Below are positions 21,107 through 33,581 of a stretch of DNA of 64,000 nt, one piece after another. Both the position numbers and the translations under genes were made by a program. The notes under the pieces were generated by a model. That model had not been told where the DNA came from. It searched no databases and saw only the letters and a list, made by a program, of their open reading frames with translations. Origin of the DNA: an uncultured Planctomycetia bacterium (GTDB lineage Bacteria; Omnitrophota; Gorgyraeia; JABMRG01; JAFGKX01); NCBI GenBank assembly GCA_964570585.1, contig CAZMYR010000003.1, forward strand, positions 22,749 to 86,748, read 5' to 3'. Each line of letters begins with the position of its first letter. Position 1 is the first letter of the stretch.

Positions 21107-21577
21107 TCACCATCGAAAATGCGCAAATGCTCTATTTGCTTCTGCCATCTTATGGGTGTCCTGTCTCTTCTTTATTGCAGCGCCCTGATTCTGATAAGCC
21201 TGCAGAATCTCATCGGCTAAACGTTCTTTCATCGGTTTGCCTTTTTTTGCTTTTGCAAAATTGCGTATCCACCTGAGCGCAACTGCAGTACCCCGGTCAG
21301 TTTTAACCTCTACAGGTATCTGATACGTTGCACCCCCTACTCGTCTGGGTTTAAGTCCGACTCTAGGCCTGGCATTTTCTATAGCTTTCTTGAAAATCTC
21401 TAAAGGGTTATCTTTACCTGATCTTTTTTCGATTATATCAAAAGCCCCATAAACTATTTTCTCAGACGTAGATTTTTTCCCTTTTAACATTACTATATTT
21501 ATAAACTTCGAAACCAGTTTTGAATTATATTTAGGGTCAGCTATTATATCTCTTTTTGGCGCTCTTCTCCGCCTCAT
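21107..21577 (-). CDS. rpsG: 30S ribosomal protein S7
   Basis: 156 aa, conserved. Confidence 0.95.
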   Translation of the reverse strand: MRRRRAPKRDIIADPKYNSKLVSKFINIVMLKGKKSTSEKIVYGAFDIIEKRSGKDNPLEIFKKAIENARPRVGLKPRRVGGATYQIPVEVKTDRGTAVALRWIRNFAKAKKGKPMKERLADEILQAYQNQGAAIKKRQDTHKMAEANRAFAHFRW

Positions 21578-22008
21578 TTTTCTCCTTCTGGCACAGGTTC
21601 TGGTCTCGCTGCGGCAGCGGCTGCTGGGGCAACTACCCCTTTGCCTCTTTTTGAACCATATTTAGACCTGCTCTTTGTCCTATTGGCTACACCCTGTGTA
21701 TCCAGTGTACCTCTCACTATATGATATCTTACCCCGGGTAAGTCCTTGACTCTACCGCCTTTCACCAATACGATTGAATGCTCCTGCAAATTATGGCCTT
21801 CACCCGGAATATAGGCCGTAACAACTATGCCATTTGTAAGCCTTACCCTGGCTATCTTTCTTAGAGCAGAGTTTGGTTTTTTAGGCGTTTGGGTTTTAAC
21901 CTGTAAACAAACTCCTCTTTTCTGCGGGCAATTTCGTAAGGCCCTGGATTTACTTTTGCTTCTTATTTTTTTTCTTCCTTTTCTTACAAGTTGATTTATG
22001 GTCGGCAT
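21574..22008 (-). CDS. rpsL: 30S ribosomal protein S12 with about 20-aa Ala/Pro-rich C-terminal extension
   Basis: conserved S12 core, 144 aa. Confidence 0.95.
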   Translation of the reverse strand: MPTINQLVRKGRKKIRSKSKSRALRNCPQKRGVCLQVKTQTPKKPNSALRKIARVRLTNGIVVTAYIPGEGHNLQEHSIVLVKGGRVKDLPGVRYHIVRGTLDTQGVANRTKSRSKYGSKRGKGVVAPAAAAAARPEPVPEGEK

Positions 22009-22036
22009 GTTACTAACTCCTTGAAATACTTGTTCG

Positions 22037-22078
22037 TTATTGCGTTATTGCGTATTGCGACGTACGACGTACGACGAA
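22037..22078. repeat. (TTATTGCG)n then (ACGTACG)x3 tandem arrays in the rpsL-rpoC spacer; reverse complement of the array at 54476-54538
   Basis: read directly. Confidence 0.8.
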
Positions 22079-22083
22079 ACATG

Positions 22084-25000
22084 CTATTTCTTTCTTTTTA
22101 CCTTTACCTTTACCTTTGCCTTCCCCTTCTTTTTCACTGAAGATTTGGCTTTCTCTTTTTTTGCCCTTGTTGGCTTTACCGGTCTTTCTTCTTCCCCAAG
22201 GGCTGGAACCTTAACTATTTCAATGTCACGATGGGTTTTAAAACCTGTGCCAGCCGGAATAAGATGTCCCATAATGACGTTCTCTTTTAATCCGTAAAGT
22301 TGGTCTGTTTTCCCTTCGGCTGCGGCTTCTGTTAATATTCTTGTTGTCTCTTGAAAACTGGCTGCAGAAATAAAACTCTGGGTGCTCAACGACGCCTTGG
22401 TAATACCTAACAATACCTGGGTGGCACTGGCGGGTTTACCTTTTTTCTTTAACGCTCTTTGATTTTCTTCATTAAATATTTCCTTATCAGCATGTGAACC
22501 TATTAGCAAATTTGTATCACCGGGATCTTCAATCCTTACCTTCTTAAGCATCTGGCGTGTTATTATCTCGATATGCTTATCATTAATCTTAACCCCCTGC
22601 AGCCTGTAGACCTCCTGGACTTCGTTTACCAGATACTCCTGCAAGGCCTTATCCCCTGAAACCCTTAAAATATCCTGCGGCACTACCGGGCCATCAACTA
22701 ATTGTTGTCCGGCATAGACCTTATCCCCCTTGTATACATTTAGATGTTTACCATGTGGTATTAAATATTCCTTCTTCATCCCTGTAGGGCTTTTTACAAC
22801 TAAAATTCTTTGCCCTTTCTTTGAACCACCAAACTCAACCGTACCGTCTATTTCACTAATAATAGCCGGGTCTTTGGGGCGGCGAGCTTCGAAAAGTTCA
22901 GCCACTCTTGGTAATCCACCGGTGATATCCTTTGTCTTTGTAATTACCCTTGGAATCTTAGCCAATAAATCACCCGCTTTTACTAATCTACCATTTTTAA
23001 CCAGAATATGGGCCCCTGCAGGAATCGGGTATATCGCCAATACCTCCTTCTTCTCATTCTGAATAATTAACTGAGGGTGATATTCTCCTTTGTGTTCAAC
23101 GATGACCGTATCGATGAGTTTAGTTTGCGGATTTATCTCTACTCGCATAGTAACACCTTCTCTAATATCCTCAAATCTAACCCCGCCGCTGACCTCGGTA
23201 ATAATAGGTGACATATAGGGATCCCACTGAACAAAGATTTTTCCCTTTTCTACTCTTGCCCCTTCTTCAACTTTTATGACTGCCCCATGCGGGACGGCAT
23301 AACGTTCAAACTCTCTGCCCGAGGCGTCGTTAATGGATACCTGGCCATTTCGATTAAGGACTATAATCTCTTTGGCCTCTTCTTTCTTTACTGTTTTTAA
23401 ACCATGGTATTTTATTATTCCATCGTTTTTGGCTTTTATATTGGACTGTTCAATTATTCTGCTGGCGGTGCCTCCGATGTGAAAAGTTCTCATAGTAAGC
23501 TGTGTGCCAGGCTCGCCTATAGATTGTGCAGCTATTATTCCCACTGCCTCGCCCAACTCAACTAACCTACCTGTTGCTAAATTTCTGCCATAGCATTTAG
23601 CGCAAACACCTTTTTTAGCCTCGCAGGTTAAAACACTTCTTATTCTAATCTTTTCAATACCAGCCTGTTCAATCTTCGCTGCCTTTTCTTCATCAATCTC
23701 TTCGCCGGCTTTTAGCAATAACTCATCAGTTATAACATCAACTATATTATCTAATGCAATTCTGCCGATTATTCTTTCTTTTAAAGGAACTACAACCTCA
23801 TCCCCTTCTATTATTGCGCTGGTTAGAATACCGTTTAATGTTTTGCAGTCTCCTTCTGTCACAATAACATCCTGGGCTACATCCACTAACCTTCTGGTTA
23901 AATAACCTGAATCTGCTGTCTTAAGCGCGGTATCTGCTAAGCCTTTTCTGGCTCCGTGGGTCGAAATAAAATATTCCAGCACTGTTAATCCCTCTCGAAA
24001 ACTTGCTATTATTGGATTTTCGATGATTTCACCGGACGGTTTTGCCATTAGCCCACGCATACCGGCTAACTGTCTTATTTGTTGTTTTGAACCGCGCGCA
24101 CCGGAATCGGCCATCATATATATAGGATTAAATTCCCCCAAACCTTTTAGTACCTTTTCTGAAACTGTATCGGTTGCGTGAGTCCAGATATCTATAATTT
24201 TATTATATCTTTCTCTATCAGTAATAAAACCTCTTTTATATTGAAATTCTACATCTTTTACTTCATCGTATGCGGTTTTTATAATCTTCTCCTTTTCCTT
24301 GCTCAGGACCAGATCGTCCATTGATATGGAAAGACCTGCTAATGTTGCCCATTCAAAACCCATCTCTTTTAAATCGTCTAAAAGCTGCGTAGTTCTCGAA
24401 TGTCCAAATTTGCTATAACACTCGGTTATAATTTCTTGGATTTTTGACTTATCCAGGCATTCATTTACAAAACGAAAATCTCTCGGTAGTATCTCGTTAA
24501 ACAAGACTCTGCCGGTTGTCGTTTTTATTAATTCATCTTTAATTTTTAATTTTATACTTTCATGTATCGATATCACTTTGTCGCTAAAAGCTACTGTTAC
24601 TTCGTCTTTTGAAGAAAAAGTCCTTATCTGCTCCTTTGGTTTCTCTTCTCGCTTTGTGATAAAATAGAGTCCTAAAACAATATCTTGAGTCGGCGTTGTT
24701 ATAGGATTACCGTTAGCCGGCGAAAATATATTGTTGGACGAGAGCATAAGTATCTTAGATTCTATCTGGGCTTCGGTTGAAAGCGGGACATGAACAGCCA
24801 TCTGGTCTCCGTCAAAATCTGCGTTAAAGGCAGTGCAAACTAAAGGATGTATCTTTATGGACTTGCCTTCTATTAATAAAGGCTGAAAAGCCTGAATCCC
24901 CAGACGATGCAAAGTGGGAGCGCGATTTAAAAGAACGGGATGGTCTTTGACAACCTCATCTAATATATCCCAGACTTCTAACTCTGCCTTCTCAACCATA

Positions 25001-26169
25001 CGTTTTGCGCTTTTTATAGTATGCACAAAACCTTTTTCTCTAAGCTTTTTTATAATGAAGGGCTCGAAAAGTTCCAATGCCATCTTTTTTGGCAGGCCAC
25101 ATTGATATAATTTAAGTTTCGGCCCAACTACTATTACAGATCTGCCGGAATAATCTACTCTTTTGCCTAAAAGGTTCTGTCTGAACCGGCCTTGCTTACC
25201 TTTTAGCATATCACTCAATGATTTAAGGGGGCGGTTTCCTGGACCAAGCACTGCCCTGCCGTGTCTTCCATTATCAAATAGCGCATCCACTGCTTCCTGA
25301 AGCATCCTTTTCTCATTTCTAATAATGACCTCCGGCGCTTTTAATTCTATTAATTTTTTAAGTCTGTTATTCCTATTTATTACTCTCCTGTAAAGGTCGT
25401 TTAAATCACTTGTGGCAAATCTACCTCCTTCAAGCGGCACAAGCGGCCTTAAATCCGGTGGAATTACCGGGATAATATCCATAATCATCCATTCAGGCTT
25501 ATTGCCACTGGTCTTAAAAGCTTCGATTAATTTAAGAGTTTTAGCCAGTCGCTTTTTGGACTGAGCGCTTTTGGTTTCTTTTAGGTCTTCTCTCAATTTG
25601 GCTGTCATTTTTGAAAAATCAACTTCAGTAAGCAATTTCCTAATGGCTTCTGCACCCATCCGGGCTCTGAAACCCACGCCATATTTCTCTTTGTACTGTC
25701 TATACTTATCTTCTGTAAGAAGGTCTTTCTTTTTAAGGGGCGTTTCTCCTGGATCTAATATTATATATTCTTCATAATACAGGACCTTTTCCAATTGCCT
25801 TAAAGTTAAGCCTAATACAGTCCCTATTCTAGAAGGGCTTACTTTAAAAAACCATATATGGGATACCGGCGTTGCCAATTCAATATGACCCATACGTTCT
25901 CGTCTGACTCTCGAAAGTGTAACTTCTACTCCGCAACGGTCACATACAATGCCCTTATGCTTTATTCTTTTGTATTTACCGCAGCTACATTCCCAATCAC
26001 GGGTAGGCCCGAATATCCTTTCGCAAAACAGGCCATCCTTTTCAGGCTTTAAGGTCCTGTAATTTATCGTTTCAGGTTTTTTAACTTCACCATGGGACCA
26101 GTGCTTTATTGTTTCCGGTGAAGCTATGTTTATTGAAATTCTATCAAAATGGTCTTTATGTTCTATCAT
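22084..26169 (-). CDS. rpoC: DNA-directed RNA polymerase beta' subunit with K-rich C-terminal tail
   Basis: 1361 aa, NADFDGD motif. Confidence 0.95.
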   Translation of the reverse strand: MIEHKDHFDRISINIASPETIKHWSHGEVKKPETINYRTLKPEKDGLFCERIFGPTRDWECSCGKYKRIKHKGIVCDRCGVEVTLSRVRRERMGHIELATPVSHIWFFKVSPSRIGTVLGLTLRQLEKVLYYEEYIILDPGETPLKKKDLLTEDKYRQYKEKYGVGFRARMGAEAIRKLLTEVDFSKMTAKLREDLKETKSAQSKKRLAKTLKLIEAFKTSGNKPEWMIMDIIPVIPPDLRPLVPLEGGRFATSDLNDLYRRVINRNNRLKKLIELKAPEVIIRNEKRMLQEAVDALFDNGRHGRAVLGPGNRPLKSLSDMLKGKQGRFRQNLLGKRVDYSGRSVIVVGPKLKLYQCGLPKKMALELFEPFIIKKLREKGFVHTIKSAKRMVEKAELEVWDILDEVVKDHPVLLNRAPTLHRLGIQAFQPLLIEGKSIKIHPLVCTAFNADFDGDQMAVHVPLSTEAQIESKILMLSSNNIFSPANGNPITTPTQDIVLGLYFITKREEKPKEQIRTFSSKDEVTVAFSDKVISIHESIKLKIKDELIKTTTGRVLFNEILPRDFRFVNECLDKSKIQEIITECYSKFGHSRTTQLLDDLKEMGFEWATLAGLSISMDDLVLSKEKEKIIKTAYDEVKDVEFQYKRGFITDRERYNKIIDIWTHATDTVSEKVLKGLGEFNPIYMMADSGARGSKQQIRQLAGMRGLMAKPSGEIIENPIIASFREGLTVLEYFISTHGARKGLADTALKTADSGYLTRRLVDVAQDVIVTEGDCKTLNGILTSAIIEGDEVVVPLKERIIGRIALDNIVDVITDELLLKAGEEIDEEKAAKIEQAGIEKIRIRSVLTCEAKKGVCAKCYGRNLATGRLVELGEAVGIIAAQSIGEPGTQLTMRTFHIGGTASRIIEQSNIKAKNDGIIKYHGLKTVKKEEAKEIIVLNRNGQVSINDASGREFERYAVPHGAVIKVEEGARVEKGKIFVQWDPYMSPIITEVSGGVRFEDIREGVTMRVEINPQTKLIDTVIVEHKGEYHPQLIIQNEKKEVLAIYPIPAGAHILVKNGRLVKAGDLLAKIPRVITKTKDITGGLPRVAELFEARRPKDPAIISEIDGTVEFGGSKKGQRILVVKSPTGMKKEYLIPHGKHLNVYKGDKVYAGQQLVDGPVVPQDILRVSGDKALQEYLVNEVQEVYRLQGVKINDKHIEIITRQMLKKVRIEDPGDTNLLIGSHADKEIFNEENQRALKKKGKPASATQVLLGITKASLSTQSFISAASFQETTRILTEAAAEGKTDQLYGLKENVIMGHLIPAGTGFKTHRDIEIVKVPALGEEERPVKPTRAKKEKAKSSVKKKGKAKVKVKVKRKK

Positions 26170-26186
26170 GGGGTAACCTATTCCAA

Positions 26187-26221
26187 CCTACGCGGTGCTA
26201 ACATAGTTAGCATTGCGTAGG
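26187..26221 (-). promoter_or_regulatory. imperfect hairpin CCTACGCGGTGCTAAC...GTTAGCATTGCGTAGG between rpoB and rpoC, just 5' of the rpoC RBS
   Basis: inverted repeat read directly. Confidence 0.4.
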
Positions 26222-26225
26222 TTTA

Positions 26226-29200
26226 TCATAAACTTTTCTCCGATCTTTCAGCCCTTATGTCTAATCCTAGACTTTGCAGTTCCTTTAATAAGACATTAAA
26301 AGATTCAGGAGTCCCCGGCTGTAAGGCATGTTCACCCTTTACTATTGACTCATAAACTTTGGTTCTGCCGGTGACATCATCACTTTTCACTGTAAGCAAT
26401 TCCTGTAGAGTATGCGAAGCGCCATATGCTTCTAATGCCCATACCTCCATTTCGCCCAATCTCTGTCCGCCAAATTGAGCCTTCCCCCCTAATGGTTGCT
26501 GGGTCACTAAAGAATATGGACCGATTGAACGAGCGTGTATCTTATCATCGACTAAATGTATAAGTTTCATCATATAGATATATCCGACTGTCACCTTCTG
26601 CTCGAATTGCTCGCCTGTAAAACCATCGTGCAAGGTTATTTTGCCATCCTTTGGTAAACCCGCCTTATGCATAGATTCTTTGATCTCTTCTTCAGAAGCT
26701 CCATCAAATACAGGGCTTATCACCTTAAATCCCAATACCTTTGCAGCCCAACCTAAATGGGTTTCTAATATCTGTCCTACATTCATACGAGAAGGAACTC
26801 CTAAGGGATTTAAGACTAAATCGACAGGGGTGCCATCCGGCATATAAGGCATATCTTCTTCAGGAAGTATCTTGGCAACCACACCTTTGTTGCCATGGCG
26901 GCCTGCAATCTTATCTCCGACTGAAATCCTCCTTTTGCTGGCAACATTTACTATGACTTTCTTAAGTATACCTGGTGGAAGTTCGTCTCCTCTTTTTATC
27001 TTATCGATTTCTCTATCTTGTTCATAGGTTAGTTCCTCAATCTGCTCATCGAAAACTCCCATCGCTCTTTCAATCTCTTCTTCTAGTTGTCGATTTTCAT
27101 CGGCTAAACGCAAAGTGGATATATCGCATTTTGTCAGCTTTTTTATATCACGTGACCTTACCACTTTGCCTGCCGGAACTAATACCTCGGCTGTCTGCTC
27201 ATCGAGTAAACTTGCGGTTATTTTTCGGCCTACAAGTAGTTTTGCTAATTTTTGTAGTTTTTCCTTTCGTAAATTTTCTATTTGGGATGTATAAAATTTC
27301 TTTATCTCATCAATCTGGTCTAATTCTTTCTTTAGTTCTTCTTTGCTTTTCGGTTTTCGAGTCTTTCTGGAGAAGATTTTAACATCAACTACAATCCCCT
27401 CTACTCCCGGTGGAACCACTAAAGATGCGTCCCGGACATCGCCGGCCTTCTCGCCAAATATTGCCCGCAATAACTTCTCTTCAGGAGAAAGCTCGGTTTC
27501 GCTCTTTGGCGATACTTTACCCACTAATATATCTCCAGCTGTTACTTCTGCTCCTATTCTGACGATACCATCCTCACCAAGATTGCCTAGTGCCTCTTCA
27601 GCAACATTGGGTATATCTCTGGTTATTTCTTCAGGCCCTAATCTGGTATCCCTGGCCTCAATGTCAAATTCTTCTATATGCACAGAAGTATAAACATCCT
27701 CTTTTACAACTTTTTCACTTATTAATATAGCATCTTCGAAGTTATAGCCGCGCCAGGGCATAAAAGCTACTAATATGTTACGCCCTAATCCTAATTCGCC
27801 ATCTTTAGTCGAAAAACCATCTGCGATTACATCTCCCTTTTTAACCTTTTGGCCAATTTTTACAATAGGCCTTTGATTGACACAGGTAGATGCATTTGAT
27901 CTTCTAAATTTCTTTAACTTATATTCAATCTGGCCGATTTTTATCATATCAGACTGGACATGTTTAACTTTACCATCTGCCTTGGTAGTTATTACAGCGC
28001 CTGAATCATATGCACACTTTCCTTCTATGCCTGTGCCCACTAATGGCGCTTCGGGATAGAGTAAGGGAACCGCCTGCCTTTGCATATTAGATCCCATTAA
28101 TGCTCTGTTTGCATCGTCGTGTTCTAAGAATGGTATAAGGCTGGCTGCAATGCTTACTAACTGAGCTGGCGAAACATCCATGTATTGAACATCTTTACCA
28201 GGAGCCATTAAAAAGTTGTTCTTGTATCTGCAAAACACTATTTTATCAAGGAACCAGCCGGATTTGTCAACCTTCGAATTTGCCTGAGCTATATAATACT
28301 TATCCTCAACATCAGCAGATAAATACTCAATTTTATCTGTTACTCTTGAGTTTTCTACTTTGCGATAAGGGGTCTCTATAAAACCAAATTCATTGATGCG
28401 AGCGTATGTGCTTAATGAAGCAATAAGGCCTATGTTAGGGCCTTCAGGGGTTTCTATCGGGCAAATTCTACCATAATGAGAATAATGCACATCTCTAACT
28501 TGAAAACCTGCTCTTTCTCTTGAAAGCCCTCCCGGGCCCAATGCAGAAACTCTTCTTTTGTGGGTCATTTCTGCTAATGGATTAGTTTGATCCATAAACT
28601 GTGAGAGCTGGCTCCTGCCAAAAAAATCCCTAACCATTGCAGAGACTATCTTGGAGTTAATCAGATTATATGGCAGTACAGTTTCTAATTCATAAATAGA
28701 GAGTCTTTCTCTTGCCGCACGTTCCATTCTGGCTAATGCTATCCTAAATTGATTCTGCAAAAGTTCTCCAACAGTACGCACCCTTCTATTGCCTAAATGG
28801 TCTATATCATCAGGGGGGGCTTCTACCTGCTTGCGCCTTATAAGTTCCCTCATAGTTATTAATATGGTCTGAAGGTCAATTATTCGTTTTGACAAAGGAA
28901 CTTTCATATTTAGCTTTCTATTTAAAATATAACGACCAACCCGACCTAAATCATATCTTCTTGCGTCAAAGAACAACCTGTTAATCAATGCTGTCGCGCT
29001 TTCAATGGTAGCTGGATCGCCGGGACGCAGTTTCCTGTATATATCCAAAAGCGCATCTTCCTTAGATTTGGTATGATCCCTGTGTAAAGTGTCCATAATC
29101 TCTTTAACCGGTCTTTCTATAACCTTAATCGATTTTATTTTATGATGTTCGAGTCTATGAACAGACTCTGTGGTAATTTTCTCACGCTTTGGCAAAATTA

Positions 29201-29930
29201 TTATATCTGTCCCTTCTTCTACTATATCTGCGGCAGTATAGAGTCCTATCAGCTTTTTAATATCTTCTTTTTTAGGCGATCTTATTTCTTTTATACCCCC
29301 AAATTCTCTTAAAATATCTTCGTCTTTAGATAATCCCATCGCTCTTAGCAATGTGGTGGCTAAAATTTTTCTGCGCCTATCTATAACAACATGGAGAACG
29401 CCATATGCATCGAATCCAAATTCAATCCACGCACCCCGATAAGGGATTATTCGGGTAGAATATAACTTTTTGCCGCTTGGGTGTAATTCGTACTCAAAAG
29501 ATACACCCGGAGAACGATGCAACTGACTTACAACTACTCGCTCTTCGCCATTTATGAGGAAAGTTCCGACAGGGGTCATAAGTGGTAATTCTCCTATATA
29601 GACCTCTTGCTCTTTTATCTCTCTTTTTCCCCTTAAGCGCACCTTTATCTTCAAGATAGCGGCATAGGTCATCCCTCTACTTTTGCATTCATCGATATTA
29701 TATTTAGGTTTGCTTAAGGTGTAATTAACAAATTCCAGTCTGTATTCTCCGTCATAACTCTCAATAGGAAATATTTCTTCAAATGCCTGCTGCAGGCCCT
29801 GGTGTTTGCGTTTCATTTTTGCAACATCCTGCTGTAAAAATTCTCTATATGAGTTAATTTGAACACCTAATAGATGTGGTATTCTGTATACTTGTTTGAG
29901 CTTGGAAAAATCTTTCCTTTTTATAGACAT
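26226..29930 (-). CDS. rpoB: DNA-directed RNA polymerase beta subunit
   Basis: 1234 aa, conserved. Confidence 0.95.
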   Translation of the reverse strand: MSIKRKDFSKLKQVYRIPHLLGVQINSYREFLQQDVAKMKRKHQGLQQAFEEIFPIESYDGEYRLEFVNYTLSKPKYNIDECKSRGMTYAAILKIKVRLRGKREIKEQEVYIGELPLMTPVGTFLINGEERVVVSQLHRSPGVSFEYELHPSGKKLYSTRIIPYRGAWIEFGFDAYGVLHVVIDRRRKILATTLLRAMGLSKDEDILREFGGIKEIRSPKKEDIKKLIGLYTAADIVEEGTDIIILPKREKITTESVHRLEHHKIKSIKVIERPVKEIMDTLHRDHTKSKEDALLDIYRKLRPGDPATIESATALINRLFFDARRYDLGRVGRYILNRKLNMKVPLSKRIIDLQTILITMRELIRRKQVEAPPDDIDHLGNRRVRTVGELLQNQFRIALARMERAARERLSIYELETVLPYNLINSKIVSAMVRDFFGRSQLSQFMDQTNPLAEMTHKRRVSALGPGGLSRERAGFQVRDVHYSHYGRICPIETPEGPNIGLIASLSTYARINEFGFIETPYRKVENSRVTDKIEYLSADVEDKYYIAQANSKVDKSGWFLDKIVFCRYKNNFLMAPGKDVQYMDVSPAQLVSIAASLIPFLEHDDANRALMGSNMQRQAVPLLYPEAPLVGTGIEGKCAYDSGAVITTKADGKVKHVQSDMIKIGQIEYKLKKFRRSNASTCVNQRPIVKIGQKVKKGDVIADGFSTKDGELGLGRNILVAFMPWRGYNFEDAILISEKVVKEDVYTSVHIEEFDIEARDTRLGPEEITRDIPNVAEEALGNLGEDGIVRIGAEVTAGDILVGKVSPKSETELSPEEKLLRAIFGEKAGDVRDASLVVPPGVEGIVVDVKIFSRKTRKPKSKEELKKELDQIDEIKKFYTSQIENLRKEKLQKLAKLLVGRKITASLLDEQTAEVLVPAGKVVRSRDIKKLTKCDISTLRLADENRQLEEEIERAMGVFDEQIEELTYEQDREIDKIKRGDELPPGILKKVIVNVASKRRISVGDKIAGRHGNKGVVAKILPEEDMPYMPDGTPVDLVLNPLGVPSRMNVGQILETHLGWAAKVLGFKVISPVFDGASEEEIKESMHKAGLPKDGKITLHDGFTGEQFEQKVTVGYIYMMKLIHLVDDKIHARSIGPYSLVTQQPLGGKAQFGGQRLGEMEVWALEAYGASHTLQELLTVKSDDVTGRTKVYESIVKGEHALQPGTPESFNVLLKELQSLGLDIRAERSEKSL

Positions 29931-29950
29931 GTTTCTCTCGCTTTAGGAAT

Positions 29951-29976
29951 GCACCGTTTGGAATCCCAAACGGTGC
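29951..29976 (-). promoter_or_regulatory. perfect 11-bp hairpin GCACCGTTTGG-AATC-CCAAACGGTGC in the rplL-rpoB spacer (family C); candidate attenuator
   Basis: read directly; the analogous E. coli spacer carries the rplL-rpoB attenuator. Confidence 0.5.
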
Positions 29977-29981
29977 TTTCT

Positions 29982-30482
29982 TTATTTCAAAGTTACCTTC
30001 GCGCCGACTGCCTCTAATTTCTTCTTTATGTCTTCTGCTTCCTCTTTCGTCGCATTTTCCTTAACTATTTTAGGAGCAGAATCGACAAGATCTTTTGCCT
30101 CTTTAAGGCCGAGGGTAGTCACTGTACGAATTTCTTTTATGACCTGAATTTTGTTCGCGCCTATCTCAGACAGTTCAACATTAAAAGCGACCTTTTCTTC
30201 TTCCTCTTCTGCCGCTGCTCCAGGAGCAACTGCACCAGCAGCAAATACAGCAGGAGCTGCTGCTTGAACACCAAATTTCTCCTCTAAGACTTTTACAAGT
30301 TTTGATAACTCTAGAACAGACATACCTTCAATACTCTTAACTAATTTCTCTTGTTCTTTAGTCATCTCTGTTTCTTTTGTTTCGCTTGCAGTTTTTGCAG
30401 ATTTCTCACTTTTTTCTTCTGCTGGTTGTTTCTTTTTTTCTTCGACTGCCTTAGCCTCTTGTTTTTTTGCCTCTTCAGCCAT
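29982..30482 (-). CDS. rplL: 50S ribosomal protein L7/L12 with about 40-aa Lys/Glu-rich N-terminal extension
   Basis: strong GGAGG RBS before the long start; core [24 protein letters not shown] aligns with L7/L12. Confidence 0.85.
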   Translation of the reverse strand: MAEEAKKQEAKAVEEKKKQPAEEKSEKSAKTASETKETEMTKEQEKLVKSIEGMSVLELSKLVKVLEEKFGVQAAAPAVFAAGAVAPGAAAEEEEEKVAFNVELSEIGANKIQVIKEIRTVTTLGLKEAKDLVDSAPKIVKENATKEEAEDIKKKLEAVGAKVTLK

Positions 30483-30483
30483 T

Positions 30484-31032
30484 TTATTTTCCTCCCCTTT
30501 GTTCTTTTTTATCTTTTATTGCATTTATCGCATAAACAAACTTTCTTATAATTCCAGATAATACTCCTACCATACCCATTATCGGGCTATTGAGCGAAGA
30601 AGCGAGTCTGGCCAATAATATTTCTCTAGATGGTATAGCGGCTATCTCTTTTATTGTGTTTACAGGAACCACTTTTCCTTCTATGCAGGCTCCTTTGAGT
30701 TTAAATTGTTTATTTTCTTTAGTGAAATTTACCAAGATTTTAGATGCCATTACAGGATCTTTTGAATTATAACTAATTCCACATGCGCCTTTAATAAGAT
30801 CCCTGATCATATCTAAGTTAATCTTTTCTAATGCCATTATGCACATAGAATTTTTAACCACCATATAATTACTAGATGCTTTCTTTAGTTTGCCTCTCAA
30901 TTCCTCCATTTGTTTATTAGAAAGATTACCGCACTCAGTCACAAATAGGTTGGTAGCGCCTTGTAAACGGGCAGCAATCTGATCTATCATATGTTGTTTT
31001 AATAGCCTTCCGGGCTTTAGGTGTTCTTCCAT
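30484..31032 (-). CDS. rplJ: 50S ribosomal protein L10
   Basis: 182 aa, conserved. Confidence 0.9.
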   Translation of the reverse strand: MEEHLKPGRLLKQHMIDQIAARLQGATNLFVTECGNLSNKQMEELRGKLKKASSNYMVVKNSMCIMALEKINLDMIRDLIKGACGISYNSKDPVMASKILVNFTKENKQFKLKGACIEGKVVPVNTIKEIAAIPSREILLARLASSLNSPIMGMVGVLSGIIRKFVYAINAIKDKKEQRGGK

Positions 31033-31728
31033 TTATTTATACTCCGATGCATCTAATTTCACTCCGGGACCCATCGTTGTGGATAAATTGATACTTTTTA
31101 TAAATTGACCTTTCACAGAAGAGGGCCCGTTCTGCTTAACCGCTTGAATAAGTGAACGTATATTTTCACAAATAGCTTTTTCGTTAAAAGATATTTTAGA
31201 GACTGCCATATTTATACAGGCAGTTTTGTCCATTTTAAACTCAATCTTGCCTTTTTTGGCCTCTTTTACTGCATTTGCTACATCATTTGTTACTGTTCCT
31301 GCTTTTGAAGTTGGCATAAGACCGCGGGGTCCCAAAATTTTACCTAGCCTCGCTAAATCCTTCATCATCTCCGGAGTGGCTACAGCTATATTAAAATCCA
31401 AAAACCCTGTGTTTACCTTTTGAATAAGATCAGCGTCTCCGACATAATCGGCTCCTGCATCCTTTGCAGCCTGAGCATCCTTCTCTTTGCAGAAAACAGC
31501 TACCTTTACAGTTTTTCCTGCACCATGCGGCAAAATTACAGTACCTCTTACAGGTTGTGGTTTTTCTTTTAAATCCAGGCTTAATTTGATTGAAATCTCA
31601 ACGCTCTGGTCAAACTTCGGTTGTGGTACTTTTTTTAATATGTCCACAGCTTCCTGCAAGTTATGTAACTTTGATGGATCTACTAAACTTTTGGCCGCTT
31701 TCATTCTCTTACTTATCGTTGTGGTCAT
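31033..31728 (-). CDS. rplA: 50S ribosomal protein L1
   Basis: 231 aa, conserved. Confidence 0.95.
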   Translation of the reverse strand: MTTTISKRMKAAKSLVDPSKLHNLQEAVDILKKVPQPKFDQSVEISIKLSLDLKEKPQPVRGTVILPHGAGKTVKVAVFCKEKDAQAAKDAGADYVGDADLIQKVNTGFLDFNIAVATPEMMKDLARLGKILGPRGLMPTSKAGTVTNDVANAVKEAKKGKIEFKMDKTACINMAVSKISFNEKAICENIRSLIQAVKQNGPSSVKGQFIKSINLSTTMGPGVKLDASEYK

Positions 31729-31738
31729 TTTGGTATAT

Positions 31739-31770
31739 GCACCGTGCTACTTTGCTTTCCCAAACGGTGC
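31739..31770 (-). promoter_or_regulatory. family C motif (GCACCGTG...TTTGCTTTCCCAAACGGTGC) in the rplK-rplA spacer
   Basis: read directly. Confidence 0.45.
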
Positions 31771-31774
31771 TATT

Positions 31775-32215
31775 CTAATTTTTTATGTCTATTCCCATGC
31801 TGCGGGCTGTACCTTCAATAATTTTAATCGCTTCTTCAATATTATTGGTGTTTAAATCCGTCAATTTTTCTTTCGCAATATCTCTAACCTGTTCCTTTGT
31901 TATCATGGCTATCTTTTCTTTATTTGGCACGCCCGAAGCCTTTGCAATATTAGCTGCCCTTTTTAACAAAATTGAAGACGGTGGGCTTTTTACCACAAAT
32001 GAAAAAGTCCTATCTTCATAAACATCTATGACAACGGGCAGTATCAGACCTTCCTTGTTCTTTGTCTGTTCATTGAAAGTTTTGCAAAATTCCATTATAT
32101 TTATTCCATGTTGACCTAAGGCCGGCCCAACCGGTGGAGCGGGATTAGCCGTTCCTGCAGGACAATATAACTTTATTTGAGCTTTAATGGGTTTTTTTCT
32201 CTTTTTCTTTTTCAT
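31775..32215 (-). CDS. rplK: 50S ribosomal protein L11
   Basis: 146 aa, [11 protein letters not shown] motif. Confidence 0.95.
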   Translation of the reverse strand: MKKKKRKKPIKAQIKLYCPAGTANPAPPVGPALGQHGINIMEFCKTFNEQTKNKEGLILPVVIDVYEDRTFSFVVKSPPSSILLKRAANIAKASGVPNKEKIAMITKEQVRDIAKEKLTDLNTNNIEEAIKIIEGTARSMGIDIKN

Positions 32216-32742
32216 AATTTCTCAATCTGCCAGCATTCAAGTTCAACAGGTGTCGGACGTCCAAATATCATTACCGCGACCTTAACTTTTCCTTTTTCAG
32301 GACTGACTTCATCGATAGCCCCGTTAAAATTTATGAATGGGCCATCTATTATTTTTACCCCCTCGCCTTTTTCGAACGTTATCTTAGGAGTAGGCCTCTC
32401 CTTTTTTTCCTCAGTTTGCTTAATGATATTGGCAATCTCTTCATCCAGCAACGGTGTCGGCTTTGTTCCAGAACTCACGAAATCTGTAACACCGATAATA
32501 TTTTTAACTAAGTACCAGATGTCATCGGTCAATTCTATTTCCGCTAATATATAACCCGGGAAAAATTTTCGCTCCGATATTTTCTTTTTGCCGCCTTTTA
32601 CCTCAGAAATTACCTCGGTAGGTATCAAAATCTGCGATACTTTATCCTGGAGATTCTTAAGTTTACTCTGATTTAACAACCTTTTTTTGACTTTTTCCTC
32701 TTCACCGGTCAGGGTATGTATAACGTACCATTTTTTTTCCAT
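32212..32742 (-). CDS. nusG: transcription termination/antitermination factor NusG
   Basis: 176 aa, NGN plus KOW domains. Confidence 0.9.
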   Translation of the reverse strand: MEKKWYVIHTLTGEEEKVKKRLLNQSKLKNLQDKVSQILIPTEVISEVKGGKKKISERKFFPGYILAEIELTDDIWYLVKNIIGVTDFVSSGTKPTPLLDEEIANIIKQTEEKKERPTPKITFEKGEGVKIIDGPFINFNGAIDEVSPEKGKVKVAVMIFGRPTPVELECWQIEKL

Positions 32743-32751
32743 TTAAAGGGC

Positions 32752-32937
32752 CTATCTTATCATAATTTGCATGGCTTTCGAAAATATAAAATCACAAATG
32801 CCTATAAACAACGCTAATATCATTACACTTAATATAACCACTACGGTAGAACCTAACAGTTCATTTTTGTCCGGCCAGCTAACCTTTTTTAACTCTACTT
32901 TAACCTCTTTTAAAAAATTTATTGCTTTTACGAACAT
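32752..32937 (-). CDS. secE: preprotein translocase subunit SecE
   Basis: 61 aa with single TM; canonical position. Confidence 0.85.
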   Translation of the reverse strand: MFVKAINFLKEVKVELKKVSWPDKNELLGSTVVVILSVMILALFIGICDFIFSKAMQIMIR

Positions 32938-33048
32938 ATAAATTTTACTTCGTAAAATTTAGTCATAAGTCGTAAGATGTAAGTTTTAAGTACTTCTTAC
33001 TACTTACTACTTATGACTTACAACTATGAATTCCGTAAAGCGGAATTC

Positions 33049-33069
33049 AAATGGCAGGCCTGGAGGGAT
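33049..33069 (-). repeat. 21-bp direct repeat of the tRNA-Trp 3' end (TGGCAGGCCTGGAGGGATTCG)
   Basis: identical to 33275-33295. Confidence 0.8.
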
Positions 33070-33274
33070 TCGTCCCCGTCGTGTCGTGCCTTGCGTTTGC
33101 CTTCGGCAAGCCTCAGGCACTCACTCCTTAAGGAAAAACTCTGATAGTTTTTCCTTAATATTCCTTTTCCTTCCGCATAGTAGAAATCTACGCCGATAGG
33201 GGAAAACAATCTTTTCCCCTATAACCCCTTCTTGGGTTCTCATCCCTCATCAGGACCATCTTCATATCTATCAA

Positions 33275-33352
33275 TGGCAGGCCTGGAGGGATTCGAACCC
33301 CCAACGAGCGGATTTGGAGTCCGCTGCTCTAGCCAATTAGAGCTACAGGCCT
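33275..33352 (-). tRNA. trnW: tRNA-Trp (anticodon CCA), CCA-encoded
   Basis: hand-folded cloverleaf: acceptor AGGCCTG/CAGGCCT, D-stem GCTC/GAGC, anticodon loop CUCCAAA, T-loop TTCGAAT. Confidence 0.85.
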
Positions 33353-33356
33353 TTGA

Positions 33357-33390
33357 TTAAAAACCTGTCGCTATCAAAGCGGCAGGTTTC
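33357..33390 (-). terminator. hairpin ACCTGCCGC...GCGACAGGT plus U-tract between rpmG and tRNA-Trp
   Basis: read directly; one mismatch in a 9-bp stem followed by TTTTT. Confidence 0.35.
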
Positions 33391-33431
33391 TATATGCCTG
33401 CCGGCAGGCAGGCAACTACTACTTTTTGCTA

Positions 33432-33581
33432 CTACTTTGCTTCTTTATGAACAGTTCTTTTTCTGCAGAACTTACAATATTTTTTTAATTCTAATCTATT
33501 AGTTACATTCTTCTTATTCTTTACGGTAGAATACCATCTATTTTTGCATTCGGGACATGTAAGTAGAATTTGCTCCTGCAT
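33432..33581 (-). CDS. rpmG: 50S ribosomal protein L33 (zinc ribbon, 49 aa; not in ORF track)
   Basis: hand translation [49 protein letters not shown]; start ATG overlaps the tuf stop (TAATG). Confidence 0.75.
   Translation of the reverse strand: MQEQILLTCPECKNRWYSTVKNKKNVTNRLELKKYCKFCRKRTVHKEAK

Noticed and set aside
33024-33209. 61-aa ORF in the tRNA-Trp/secE interval
   Set aside because: Lies in the hairpin-rich 205-bp segment; low-complexity translation, with no RBS.
33225-33262. CUGAUGA followed by GGG...CCC looked like a hammerhead ribozyme core in the segment next to tRNA-Trp
   Set aside because: The sequence after stem II is CAAGAAGG rather than the required GAAA junction, and no stem I or stem III partner could be placed; most likely coincidence.
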